DNA of 47,555 nt from a virus (Duplodnaviria > Caudoviricetes), in IMG/VR virus record IMGVR_UViG_3300010376_000051, positions 1-47,555 of that record. One strand, 5' to 3'. Of the stretch, positions 18,124-27,485 are shown in pieces. How positions within the stretch are numbered: position 1 is the stretch's first letter; every line of letters begins with the position of its first letter. The position numbers and the translations under genes were made by a program. Below the pieces are notes generated by a model. It was not told where the DNA came from and ran no database searches. It saw only the letters and a program-made list of their open reading frames with translations.

Positions 18124-18557
18124 CCCTGCGCCCTCGGCGGTCGGAAGCACAAGATCATGCCATCGGGTGTCGATTGCACCCCACCGTAGGGGCCGTAGGA
18201 AGTCCCGAAGGGGTTCCGCGGAAACCAGCATGCCACCGCATCCAGCGGTCTCGGTTGGTCACTGGTATCGGGGATCACCTGCTTATCAGGTACCCGGAGC
18301 CACTTGTCCGGGGCTTGGTCACCGAACTCCGTCTTGGAGATGTAGACCCACCAGCCATCAAGATCGAGCCCATGGCCAGGGCTCTTCGAGTCGACCGCGT
18401 GGCAATCGGCGATGCCACAGCAGCTTTGCCCTATCGAGTTCTGAAGGCTGTTGAACCACGCCGCGTTGGGGGCATCCTTCGGATGAGCGACCGCGAGGGG
18501 CGGCAATGCCATCGCCCAAACTGCCGCAAATCCGAGATACTTCAAATAGGTTGGCAT
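18120..18557 (-). CDS. Secreted Cys-rich protein of a type I recall from Alphaproteobacteria
   Basis: Signal peptide MPTYLKYLGFAAVWAMALPPLAVA|H; WFNSL...SCCGIADC...W.RVPD..VI...AVACW...ILCF. Confidence 0.7.
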   Translation of the reverse strand: MPTYLKYLGFAAVWAMALPPLAVAHPKDAPNAAWFNSLQNSIGQSCCGIADCHAVDSKSPGHGLDLDGWWVYISKTEFGDQAPDKWLRVPDKQVIPDTSDQPRPLDAVACWFPRNPFGTSYGPYGGVQSTPDGMILCFRPPRAQG

Positions 18558-18721
18558 AGCTGCACCACCGGCCGAATTTGGTCGGCCCACCAACCCAAGA
18601 CAAACCGGCAAAACTGCATCAAGGTTTCGATGTCTTCTTTGCCGTTATAAACGGCCATGCAATGCTGGAAAAGGCTATGACCCTGGAGGGCCGCCAAGGC
18701 CGCTGCGTGTGCTGGGTCCAT
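18542..18721 (-). CDS. Hypothetical protein (59 aa, not in ORF track)
   Basis: GGAG RBS, MDPAHAAALAALQGHSLFQHC...LCQPI-stop; bridges the gap between neighbours. Confidence 0.5.
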   Translation of the reverse strand: MDPAHAAALAALQGHSLFQHCMAVYNGKEDIETLMQFCRFVLGWWADQIRPVVQLCQPI

Positions 18722-18899
18722 TCTGGTCTCCCAATTTAGGGATCACAACGTGGAATAGGGTCGCGGTCCCTGTTAGTGCTGTTGACACCGCTTCAAGATA
18801 GGGACGCAAGCCCGGTGGTACAACAGGAACAAATGCGGTAGCCCACACTGCTGCCACCATCAGCGACGACAGCGCGTAGGACCGGTACGTTTCGTTCAC
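18675..18899 (-). CDS. Small two-TM protein, holin-like candidate
   Basis: GTGA overlap with the upstream gene, two hydrophobic segments, polar tail. Confidence 0.5.
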   Translation of the reverse strand: MNETYRSYALSSLMVAAVWATAFVPVVPPGLRPYLEAVSTALTGTATLFHVVIPKLGDQNGPSTRSGLGGPPGS

Positions 18900-21049
18900 A
18901 TCCCACTCCCTTTGCAGCCGATACCGAAGGTGCCGTCCCCGGTGCAGCCACTAGGAGCTTGGGTCGGCGTTCCACTCGCGACGGTCGAGCCCGACTCTTC
19001 CCCTGCGCCCTGCGCTGCGGCCAACGTAATCGGTGAATTGTGCATGTCCTGGACGATGAACGCTTGCGACGCTCCATTGACGGTGTAGAACGAATTGTTG
19101 GTGGAGGAGTAGCTGGTCAATGTAGTAGTTGGGTTGCAATTGTTGCCGCCCAGTGAGCCATTTATACAGCCTGCTCCGTACCGCCACCCGCCTGCGAATG
19201 CGCCCCCGGTAGTGAGCACCACCACCGTGTTGCCTGTTCCTGAGTAGGTATATGAATGGCCGCCACAGTCATCGCCAGCCCCACCAAACCCACCCCGTTG
19301 ATCATCGCCCGTGCCGATCGCGGGAAAGCCGAGGTTCTCTGTGACGTAGTTGTTATTGGCAGTCATCGCATGACCACAGTCGCCGATAATCGCACCCTGG
19401 TATGGGGCAAGGCTGCCATGGCCGGGTGCGATACAAACATTATGAGTGAACGTTCCAGGGTTAGTTACCGTCTCATAACGAATGCAGGACGAACCGATAT
19501 TTATCATAGTGTCGCCAGTGACGGTGAAATTACCAGAGAACACATCTGCCCATGTCGCGGCGGCATATCCCAATTGATCGTGATGGTAGCCACCGGTTTC
19601 GACGAGCGAAGCTGCTCCAGCCATCTTATATGATGCGCAATTGCCGCCGCCACCCGCTACATTGCAGTCAGTCGACCCGTCTTGAAACTGCGAATTGCCC
19701 GTAAATTCCATCCCATTTAAAGTTTGAGTGCCAGAGGCACCTTGGGGTGACAGTCCTTCAAACGAGTTGCCTGTCACTAGATCATTGCTGAGCGTTTGCG
19801 AACCGCCGTGTAGACCAATCCCAATGCCACAACTAGGCCCAATGGTCGACCCGGTAATCACCCATCCGGTGTTTGTGTTAAATTCTACTGTCTGCGGAGC
19901 GCGATTGTTAACGGCAGGGCAATTGCCATTGTACCCATACCGCTTGACCGTGATGCAGCGGATGGTGAAATTCAGCGTTATGTTTGAGACAGAAGCACCA
20001 TCGGGGAATATTTGGTTCTGCGCATTTTGCCCGTCGAAGATGGTGTTAGCTCCGTTGGGACTCGCACAGTTCCCTTGCAGCACGGTGTTGCTAGACGAGT
20101 TACCGATACCAGGCGAGAAGATCATTTGGTTGCAGGTTGTGGTCGGAAGCACATAGGTCGTGTTCGCGGCGAGGATTGGTACGCCGAAGGGGCCGGCTGG
20201 CAAGGCCGCAATGCTTGCACACGTGGCACTAACAATCGTCCCGCTTTGTCCGGTGCCCGACAACGAGAACGCCGGAGCCGATCCAGCGGTGAAGGCGACA
20301 TTCAAATTGGCGCTTTCGGAGCCGGTTGTCGACGGCGAGAAGATGATCCAAATATAGCATCCTGAATTGTTTGCGAGTACGCCACTGCAATTCGTAGTAG
20401 CAGTGGAAAAGTCACCCGCGTTGGTGCCGGAATAAGTGATCGACGAGAACGTTAGGCTGCCCCCATTTTTATTGTAGACCATCACCCGTTCGGGTTCGCT
20501 TGTCGCTTTGGGCGCACTAGCTGAGCCGGCGATCGCATAAGGGAAAGCTAGCGATGAAAGCGTGTCAGCCAGACTACCATCAGCCTTGGCCGCATTGTCC
20601 GAGGTAAAGGCCACCGTAACGCCACTGGGATTAGTGCCAGTCCCGCTGAGCGAGGCGGTATTGGCGCTGCTGGTAGGGACCGAAAGCGTCGCCGTCCGGG
20701 ACCCTGTCGCACTCGGTGTAAACGTGACCGAGACAGCGCAATGAGCACCCACCGCAAGTGAAGTTGGACATGTGTTGGTTTGACTGAAATCAGCCGCGTT
20801 TGTCCCGGTGATGCTGATGGTCGGGATCGAGTAGGCCATCGTCCCGACATTTGTCGCGGTGACGTTCTGGACGGCGCTGCTGGTGTTAATGGCTTGATTG
20901 CCGAAGTTCACGCTTGTTGGGCTTAAGCTCAACGCCAATGAAGAGGGCGAAGCACCGACATGGCCAATATAGGCATAGATGGATATCGCTAGAGCATGAT
21001 GATACGTGAGACAAAGCAGAGCGCTCGCTACGACTATCCATCGTCGCAT
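18896..21049 (-). CDS. Signal-peptide-bearing protein with two ASH / choice-of-anchor-D Ig domains and a beta-helix
   Basis: TGATG coupling. MRRWIVVASALLCLTYHHALA|I. LSPTSVNFG...GTNAADFSQTNTC...CAVSVTFTP plus a second similar copy. 20 Cys. Confidence 0.8.
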   Translation of the reverse strand: MRRWIVVASALLCLTYHHALAISIYAYIGHVGASPSSLALSLSPTSVNFGNQAINTSSAVQNVTATNVGTMAYSIPTISITGTNAADFSQTNTCPTSLAVGAHCAVSVTFTPSATGSRTATLSVPTSSANTASLSGTGTNPSGVTVAFTSDNAAKADGSLADTLSSLAFPYAIAGSASAPKATSEPERVMVYNKNGGSLTFSSITYSGTNAGDFSTATTNCSGVLANNSGCYIWIIFSPSTTGSESANLNVAFTAGSAPAFSLSGTGQSGTIVSATCASIAALPAGPFGVPILAANTTYVLPTTTCNQMIFSPGIGNSSSNTVLQGNCASPNGANTIFDGQNAQNQIFPDGASVSNITLNFTIRCITVKRYGYNGNCPAVNNRAPQTVEFNTNTGWVITGSTIGPSCGIGIGLHGGSQTLSNDLVTGNSFEGLSPQGASGTQTLNGMEFTGNSQFQDGSTDCNVAGGGGNCASYKMAGAASLVETGGYHHDQLGYAAATWADVFSGNFTVTGDTMINIGSSCIRYETVTNPGTFTHNVCIAPGHGSLAPYQGAIIGDCGHAMTANNNYVTENLGFPAIGTGDDQRGGFGGAGDDCGGHSYTYSGTGNTVVVLTTGGAFAGGWRYGAGCINGSLGGNNCNPTTTLTSYSSTNNSFYTVNGASQAFIVQDMHNSPITLAAAQGAGEESGSTVASGTPTQAPSGCTGDGTFGIGCKGSGM

Positions 21050-23652
21050 CAGCACACCCCGGCGGTTTGGCTGAAGCACGGCAGAGAAACTTTGATCCCG
21101 CTGACGCCATCGCCTGTGTAGACAGAAGTGTTACCCGTCGCCAGAGCGATATTGAAAACAGCGCCCGACGCGTCTGCTTTCCCATAGCTCCAGGTAAGGC
21201 TTAACTTCCACCAACCGCCATATCGAGTAGAGGTTCCGGTGAGGCCGCTGAAGGTTGGTGCCCCGCCTGTGATCACCGCCGCTTGGGTTATAGCCCCTGT
21301 GTTGGCATCGATGACCATGTTGGCTGCTTGCGACTGTGCATTGTCTTGAATGACGATCCCACATTGGCGATTGCCCGTAAGAGGGGCACAAAGGTAACTC
21401 GCGTAAGCGGTCGCATTCGAGACGCTTGTTGTCCCATCTTTGATGGCATTATTGGCGGAACCCGATGCTTCGACGAATGTCGTACCGTTTGTGTTGCACG
21501 ACGGGTCCCATTGGCTACTTATTGTCTTGGTCCCGCCAAGGACAGTCCAGTTGGCGTTTATAATCGGGTCGCTAATTTTGTTGTTGGCGGCAGTGATAAC
21601 GACTGGATTGCACGCTGCGTTAGCATTCAGCGAAGGCAGAATGATGTATGTCTGCGGGCTGGTGGCTGAGACTTCTACCCAATCCGTTTCTTGGTTGTCG
21701 TGGGCAGTGTAACAGGGGGATACCGAGAGTGCCGTCGTGCTCAGCGGCACTCCGAGGAGCGACCCAGCGGCGGGGCCGCAGATGGACATCAGGCCGGGGC
21801 CTTGGGATGCGAACGCGAACGGGGTGTTGATAACAGGGCCGCTGGATGGCAGGGTTATTGAAGCGCCGCCGGCCGGAGCCTGAACGGGGACGATCTGCTG
21901 GGCGTAGGTAGGCCAGTTCCCGGAGGTGATCGTCACGTTTCCGGTGATCGCGGCACCCACGGCAACCGCGGACGGCGGTGCTAGGATCGGGACGTAGTTG
22001 CCCGAACCGTCAGTGAAGATTTGGACCGAAGCGCCAGGCAGTACGATGACTGTGTTGCTGGCAGTGATCGGAGAGGTTCCCTGAGTTCCCCAGGTGGCGC
22101 CAGCACCAAGCGCAATGGTCGCAGAGGCAGAAGAACCCGAGACCGGGACTTGGATGGTGACTGCTGAACCGGCCGGGAAATAGGTGGGCGAGCTTTGATT
22201 GATAGTGATCGTCCCCCCACCAGTGACCGGGATGATACCGTTGTTATCACTGCCACTCGCCGTGCATTGGGTTGAGCCGGTGTAGACCAGTGTGTATGAG
22301 GCCCCGCCTACTGCTGTGCATACAAAGACTGGCGTCGACACACCAGTAACCCACGTATCATCCGAGCGGAGGAAGAGGGTTGGCGTCGCACCCGGTGATG
22401 GGACACAGCCGGAAAGGGTCGAAGTAAAGGTCTGGCACAAAGTCGTGAGTTGGGTCGTTGTGAGGGCTGATGGCACTCCTGTACCGGCAGCGACTCGACC
22501 GAGGACCGTGTTGGTAGCGATGTTGGGGAATTGAGCGAGCGTGGCTTGACCCGAGATGTCAGTGAATGCAGGCTGGCTCGCGACCGGCACCCCCGAGGTC
22601 GAGATCGAGTTGATCCACTGGGACGTGGTCAACGCCAGGGACTCGACACCACCAAGGGTGCTAGCGCTTGGATTGGGCAAAACCGTTGATGTTACGAGCC
22701 CACCTGCGGTCAACTGGAGCAGCTTGTTAGCGCCCGTTAGGCCATAGGCAAGGGCCGCGCTCGGACACGTCGAGATACCTGAAGTATTCGCAAGAACACT
22801 ATTTGCTGCGATGGATGTTAAAGCGAAGTTGGAACCGGTTAATGTGATCCCACAATTGGCTGTGAATGCTGCCTGACCAATCTGAACCCATGTGATTGCA
22901 GTGGTGCCGACCGTGATGACTGCACTCTGGTTCATCCAGAATTGAGTTCCGGCCGCGTTCGCGGTGCCCGCGCCAGTGTTCAACACAGCTGCACCGATGG
23001 CTATGCCACCGGACGTAGCAGTTTGGAAGTCAGTAGCGCGGGTCAAAATCCACGGCTGTGAAGCTCCCGTGATCTGGGTGAGACTGTAAATCCCGTTTTG
23101 CGCCGGCGCCGCCTGATTTTGCACCAATACGCGTTGGCCCGCCGTATTTACAGTGATGCCGTCCACTACCAAAGCGGTGTTGTTGACGTTCGCAGTTAGG
23201 GTCGATGCGAATGGTGGACCAGAACCATTGACATAGGTTGGGCTGTTGGGCAACACAGCGGCCGTCGCCGCCATAACAGCCGCATGCCATGTTGTGGTGA
23301 CAGTACCAACACTGTCCACATAGCTTTTGGTTGCTGCGTCACTGGCGTTGGTCGGCGCGGCAAGACCGGTGATCGTCCCGCCGGTGAACGCCACGTTGGG
23401 CGACGACAAACCGGTGCTGAAATTGGTGTTTTGGGTTATTGTGGTGGGTAGGCTGAGGATCACATTGCCCGATGTGGGGACAGCTGTGACTTGACCAGAT
23501 GTCCCGGTCACACTGCTAACACCGGCTACTCCGCCGCCCCCACCGCCACCACCCCCACCACCACTGAATAACCCGCCGCCGAGGAATTGGGCCTGTGCAT
23601 GGACGCAAAACATCCACACCAGGACGAAGACGAGGATACGTTTCACCATCAT
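21049..23652 (-). CDS. Signal-peptide-bearing tail fibre / head fibre-like protein
   Basis: MMVKRILVFVLVWMFCVHAQA|Q, then poly-Gly. Phage fibre motifs PTNASDAATKSYVD and DG...GQRVLVQNQ...QNGIY...WILTRATDF. 14 Cys. Confidence 0.8.
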   Translation of the reverse strand: MMVKRILVFVLVWMFCVHAQAQFLGGGLFSGGGGGGGGGGGVAGVSSVTGTSGQVTAVPTSGNVILSLPTTITQNTNFSTGLSSPNVAFTGGTITGLAAPTNASDAATKSYVDSVGTVTTTWHAAVMAATAAVLPNSPTYVNGSGPPFASTLTANVNNTALVVDGITVNTAGQRVLVQNQAAPAQNGIYSLTQITGASQPWILTRATDFQTATSGGIAIGAAVLNTGAGTANAAGTQFWMNQSAVITVGTTAITWVQIGQAAFTANCGITLTGSNFALTSIAANSVLANTSGISTCPSAALAYGLTGANKLLQLTAGGLVTSTVLPNPSASTLGGVESLALTTSQWINSISTSGVPVASQPAFTDISGQATLAQFPNIATNTVLGRVAAGTGVPSALTTTQLTTLCQTFTSTLSGCVPSPGATPTLFLRSDDTWVTGVSTPVFVCTAVGGASYTLVYTGSTQCTASGSDNNGIIPVTGGGTITINQSSPTYFPAGSAVTIQVPVSGSSASATIALGAGATWGTQGTSPITASNTVIVLPGASVQIFTDGSGNYVPILAPPSAVAVGAAITGNVTITSGNWPTYAQQIVPVQAPAGGASITLPSSGPVINTPFAFASQGPGLMSICGPAAGSLLGVPLSTTALSVSPCYTAHDNQETDWVEVSATSPQTYIILPSLNANAACNPVVITAANNKISDPIINANWTVLGGTKTISSQWDPSCNTNGTTFVEASGSANNAIKDGTTSVSNATAYASYLCAPLTGNRQCGIVIQDNAQSQAANMVIDANTGAITQAAVITGGAPTFSGLTGTSTRYGGWWKLSLTWSYGKADASGAVFNIALATGNTSVYTGDGVSGIKVSLPCFSQTAGVC

Positions 23653-24017
23653 TTGTAGTATGAAACGTTGCAGGTTGCAGAGGCAGTCGCTTGTATTATC
23701 TGGACCACCGATAGCGGCTTCTCCGCGAAGACGATTTGGGTGTTGGTGTTCAGCGGCATCCCGATCGAAGCCGTGGGCGCTGTACCGTCATCCCTCCAGT
23801 TCACCATCTGCCCGGTGCAAAGAACCACCGCATAGATGGCGTTGGAGGGGATGCTGGGCAGCGGAGTTGCAGTAGCCAGCGAGGTCATCTGTTGATAACC
23901 AAGCGGTATGGTCAAGTACGGGGCGCCCATTACAGTAGGCCCAGGTGCCACAAAGCTCTGGGCCTGGGCGACGCCCATGAAGCTCAGCAAACACAGGAAA
24001 GGCGCTAGAAATCGCAT
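23649..24017 (-). CDS. Signal-peptide-bearing small virion-type beta protein (122 aa)
   Basis: GGAGG-like RBS region and TGATG coupling. MRFLAPFLCLLSFMGVAQA|Q. LGYQQ...WRDDGTAPTASIGMPL...NVSYY. 2 Cys. Confidence 0.7.
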   Translation of the reverse strand: MRFLAPFLCLLSFMGVAQAQSFVAPGPTVMGAPYLTIPLGYQQMTSLATATPLPSIPSNAIYAVVLCTGQMVNWRDDGTAPTASIGMPLNTNTQIVFAEKPLSVVQIIQATASATCNVSYYK

Positions 24018-27000
24018 CACTTCTGGAGTTCCTTTGTGAGTGCCTGAACAGCGCCGATCAGCTTCGCGATGACGCATTCTTGCCGATAGCTCTTGGGTGT
24101 CTTGCCGTCTTGCTCGTAGATGGCACACTCAGGCATGTCATGCGCCACGTTCTCCGCGGTGAGCCCATATTGCGGTTTGTTGAAGTTCCAATCCGCATTT
24201 GGCTTCTCGCGATCTTTCATCTTGAAGAAGGCGGGTTGGATGGCGCGCACCTGCTGTAAGTCGTTTTGAGGGGTGAATGGGTTGGGAAGTAGGTCCTTGA
24301 AGCGCAAACTGGAGATCGTACACGCACTTGTTTGGATGAGGAAAACGCCGCTCGCCGAAAGGCACAAGAAGTCCGCGTTGGTCCCGGTCGAGAGGGCTGG
24401 CGCCTGGACGTTTGTGGTGCCAGTCGGGATCTGGAAGACAGCGGTGCCCGCGTTGTTGGCCAGCTTGATGTCCGTTGAGGAACCTGAACCGGCCATCAAT
24501 AAGCCGCCGGTCGTGCTAGACCCAATCACACCCTCATTGTTGGCAGCAGTTGCGGGCAAGCTGCCCCCACCACCTACAACGACCTGCCCTGCGGCCGGCG
24601 CGCTCGGGGTCAAACTGGCGGTGAACTGGCCGCTACCTTGCAGATCAACCAAATAAAGGAATGGAGCCGTCCCGGTAGCGTTCCGATAGCAGTCCAATTC
24701 ATATTGGTGGTTCATTATTGGGGTAAATGGTGATGTGATGGTCTGACCGGATTGATACACCGTTGGGTTGCCACCCCATGTCAGTGACGCTCCACTAACC
24801 GCGTTTCTCTCTGTAAAACGCACTCGCCACGCTGTGTTGTTGAATGCTTGCGACACATTGCTGCAAATAGTGCTTGGGATCGTCAGTGTGACGCTGTTAA
24901 CGGTAATGTCGAAGTCGGTCCCGGCGTCGGTCTCTGCGAAGGTGTAGTTGGCCGCCAATCCCATCACCGGCCACTCGGCTTCGTAGAGCCCACCAGTAGC
25001 GAGGTTGAACCCCTGCGGAAACAAGCATGGGTGTTGGGTGTTGTTACACAACGCCGGATTATCGCTCAACGAAATTGTCGCCAGCTGTTGCAGTGTAAAC
25101 TCTTTCCACGAGCCGGTACCACCTGCGGTAAACGCAAGCGCATTGACAGGACTTGAGTTGGTTCCCTGGGAGAATGGTGCAATGCCTATACGATTGGTAC
25201 TTGTAGTGACGACTTCCGTGTAGGCCCAAATCATATTGTTGGGCGCATAGAAGCCTTGGTTGGAGTTGTTGCCCAGGGGGATACTGATGAGTTGAAAGTT
25301 GGGGTTGGTTTCGTTGACGTTGAAGAACTCAAATTGTCCCATCGCGCCAGCGTAGTTGGTGAAGATTGTTTTGTCCGACGCATCCATCATGATCGCCGAG
25401 GCGACGTTTAGCTCCCCACTGCCGACCGGGAAGTTGTTGAAGAAGGCGCTGTCAGGGCCGCCGAAGTAGAATGCGGCCGAGTTTGGATCGGCCATAATCG
25501 GTGCGATCCCGCCGTTCCATACGTTGTCCACGAAATAGGATTGGCCGGAACAGCCATGATAGATAGCTGCCCCATAGTGATTGCCGGCCGCGGGGTAGTT
25601 GTCGTCTGCTTTGATCTGGCTGTCCGTAAGATGCAAACCGCAGTTCGTGTCGCTTGTTTTGATACCGTTGGAGTCCATGAAGAAGTTTAGCGTTGCTCCT
25701 GAGAAGCTGGTGGGTGGCGCCTTGTTGAGCACATATTTGTTGGTGGTGGTGTTGCACCCCACAATCACAGTCCGGTCGAGGACGTTTGGAGAATTGCCCC
25801 TCGATATCAAGCCGACGTTGGTGTTGATGTTGTTGCAGCCACCCGATACTGTCAGATCAAGGCCCACTACCGTGATAGATTCCGAGCCGACTGCTGGCGT
25901 GGTGGTGTAGTTCTGGACCGTGTAGGTGCCAGTATTGAATGCGGTCACCCCACTGTTCACCGACCCACCCACAGATTGGATGTAGGTGCCTGCGGGTATG
26001 CCGGCGCCGACAAGGCTATCGCCCGGATAGATGGATGCGTTTGTCGCGGTAACTGTCATGGTGCAGATGAACGGGGCCGAGCCGCTACAAGATGCGATCG
26101 AGGCGGTGATCGTCGCTTGCGTATTCGACGCAGCGGCGGTGAAGGTGGCATTGGGAGTGGCATTGGTGCCCATCCAATTATTCACCCGCATGTGGTGCCA
26201 GCGTGTGGTCCCGTTGACACTCACATACCACACATTGATAGGCAGATCGGCACCATCGAAGCGATCGTAGGAAGAACCAGATGCGGTAGGCGTCACCAAA
26301 TCCACAAGGCCGTGGTTGGCCAAAGGCATGTTAGCATAACAGAGCGCGGTGATGTTGGTGTTGGCTAAAACAACGCTGAGCACCTTGACCGGGGACGAGC
26401 AAGCACCATAGATGAGACCAGCGCCGTTGACCTCAGTCAGCCCTTTGTCACCACTCCCATTTACCGAAGCTGCGTAGGAGATAGTAGAATTAAGCGCGGC
26501 GGCGTCGTCATGCCCATACCACAACGTTTGCGATATGGCAGTGGAGAATGTGGGGCACGGCAAAGATACGGTTATATCGGCGGCATCTGTGAATGCTGAG
26601 ATGGTGCCTACGTAGGGCAAGCCATTTGCCGCGCCAGTGATAGCATCGGTGATGGTTATGTTCTTGCCAACGTCGCCGGAAGTGAATGTAGCCGAGGGGA
26701 CGTTGATATTGCAGTTGCCACTACTGATGTTGGCGACAGCACTGAACGAGGTTACGTCGCCGTAAGCACCCCATGCACGGGGGTCCATGATGGAGCGGGG
26801 AGCGGCGATCCAACACTTGCTATCGGCGCTGGGAACTTGGGAGCCGACATCGCCACCTATGATCGAGCAGGCGCTGCCCGATGATAGAAACATGGTACAT
26901 GGGCTGTCACCAGCCGCCCGAACCCCACACCGCATAGCACGGGTGGTTGTCACCGTGGATAGCGCCATGAGCGCCGCGTTCGTGCTGAGATACGGGATAG

Positions 27001-27484
27001 TGGCTACAGCACCACCGCCGATTTGGGTCGTGACATATCCCACCGTGGCGATTTCATTCGATGGAGCACCCAATCCGGGTGCTGGCGCCGTGGGGATACC
27101 GAGCAGTCCAACACCGCTGGCTGTGCTGCTCTCAATCTGCGTGTTGTTGATGTACCGGTTGTAGGGGAGCGCGCTGGCGCCGCTGTAGGCGTTGAACGTC
27201 TCTAGCGCACCGCCCAGCGAGTTGGCACCAAAACAGAGTTGGTGGAAGCCGCCGGGCGCCGAAATCAGGGCATCGTTGATGCAAAGGGGCGTCCCGGTGT
27301 TGGTCAGCGTAAGCTGAGAGAACCCACCCTGCGCCTCGGCATCCCCAATCGCACCATTGAAGAGCCACGCCGCTCCATGGTGGTAGGTGATGTTGCCCGA
27401 CTGGAAGACAGGCTGGTTAGTCTGCGCCCTAGCACCTACCGACACCAAGAGCGCAAGAACAAACGCCAGTAAACGATAGCGCAT
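24017..27484 (-). CDS. Signal-peptide-bearing tailspike/fibre with C-terminal peptidase S74 intramolecular chaperone
   Basis: MRYRLLAFVLALLVSVGARA|Q. Tailspike cap DPRAWGAYGD...DDAAALN. S74 motifs SSLRFKD...YGLTAENV...PE...LIGAVQAL. 24 Cys. Confidence 0.85.
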   Translation of the reverse strand: MRYRLLAFVLALLVSVGARAQTNQPVFQSGNITYHHGAAWLFNGAIGDAEAQGGFSQLTLTNTGTPLCINDALISAPGGFHQLCFGANSLGGALETFNAYSGASALPYNRYINNTQIESSTASGVGLLGIPTAPAPGLGAPSNEIATVGYVTTQIGGGAVATIPYLSTNAALMALSTVTTTRAMRCGVRAAGDSPCTMFLSSGSACSIIGGDVGSQVPSADSKCWIAAPRSIMDPRAWGAYGDVTSFSAVANISSGNCNINVPSATFTSGDVGKNITITDAITGAANGLPYVGTISAFTDAADITVSLPCPTFSTAISQTLWYGHDDAAALNSTISYAASVNGSGDKGLTEVNGAGLIYGACSSPVKVLSVVLANTNITALCYANMPLANHGLVDLVTPTASGSSYDRFDGADLPINVWYVSVNGTTRWHHMRVNNWMGTNATPNATFTAAASNTQATITASIASCSGSAPFICTMTVTATNASIYPGDSLVGAGIPAGTYIQSVGGSVNSGVTAFNTGTYTVQNYTTTPAVGSESITVVGLDLTVSGGCNNINTNVGLISRGNSPNVLDRTVIVGCNTTTNKYVLNKAPPTSFSGATLNFFMDSNGIKTSDTNCGLHLTDSQIKADDNYPAAGNHYGAAIYHGCSGQSYFVDNVWNGGIAPIMADPNSAAFYFGGPDSAFFNNFPVGSGELNVASAIMMDASDKTIFTNYAGAMGQFEFFNVNETNPNFQLISIPLGNNSNQGFYAPNNMIWAYTEVVTTSTNRIGIAPFSQGTNSSPVNALAFTAGGTGSWKEFTLQQLATISLSDNPALCNNTQHPCLFPQGFNLATGGLYEAEWPVMGLAANYTFAETDAGTDFDITVNSVTLTIPSTICSNVSQAFNNTAWRVRFTERNAVSGASLTWGGNPTVYQSGQTITSPFTPIMNHQYELDCYRNATGTAPFLYLVDLQGSGQFTASLTPSAPAAGQVVVGGGGSLPATAANNEGVIGSSTTGGLLMAGSGSSTDIKLANNAGTAVFQIPTGTTNVQAPALSTGTNADFLCLSASGVFLIQTSACTISSLRFKDLLPNPFTPQNDLQQVRAIQPAFFKMKDREKPNADWNFNKPQYGLTAENVAHDMPECAIYEQDGKTPKSYRQECVIAKLIGAVQALTKELQK

Positions 27485-27485
27485 C

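Noticed and set aside
23531-23563. Phase-variable simple sequence repeat
   Set aside because: Mixed Gly codons encode a poly-Gly linker; it is not a pure repeat tract.
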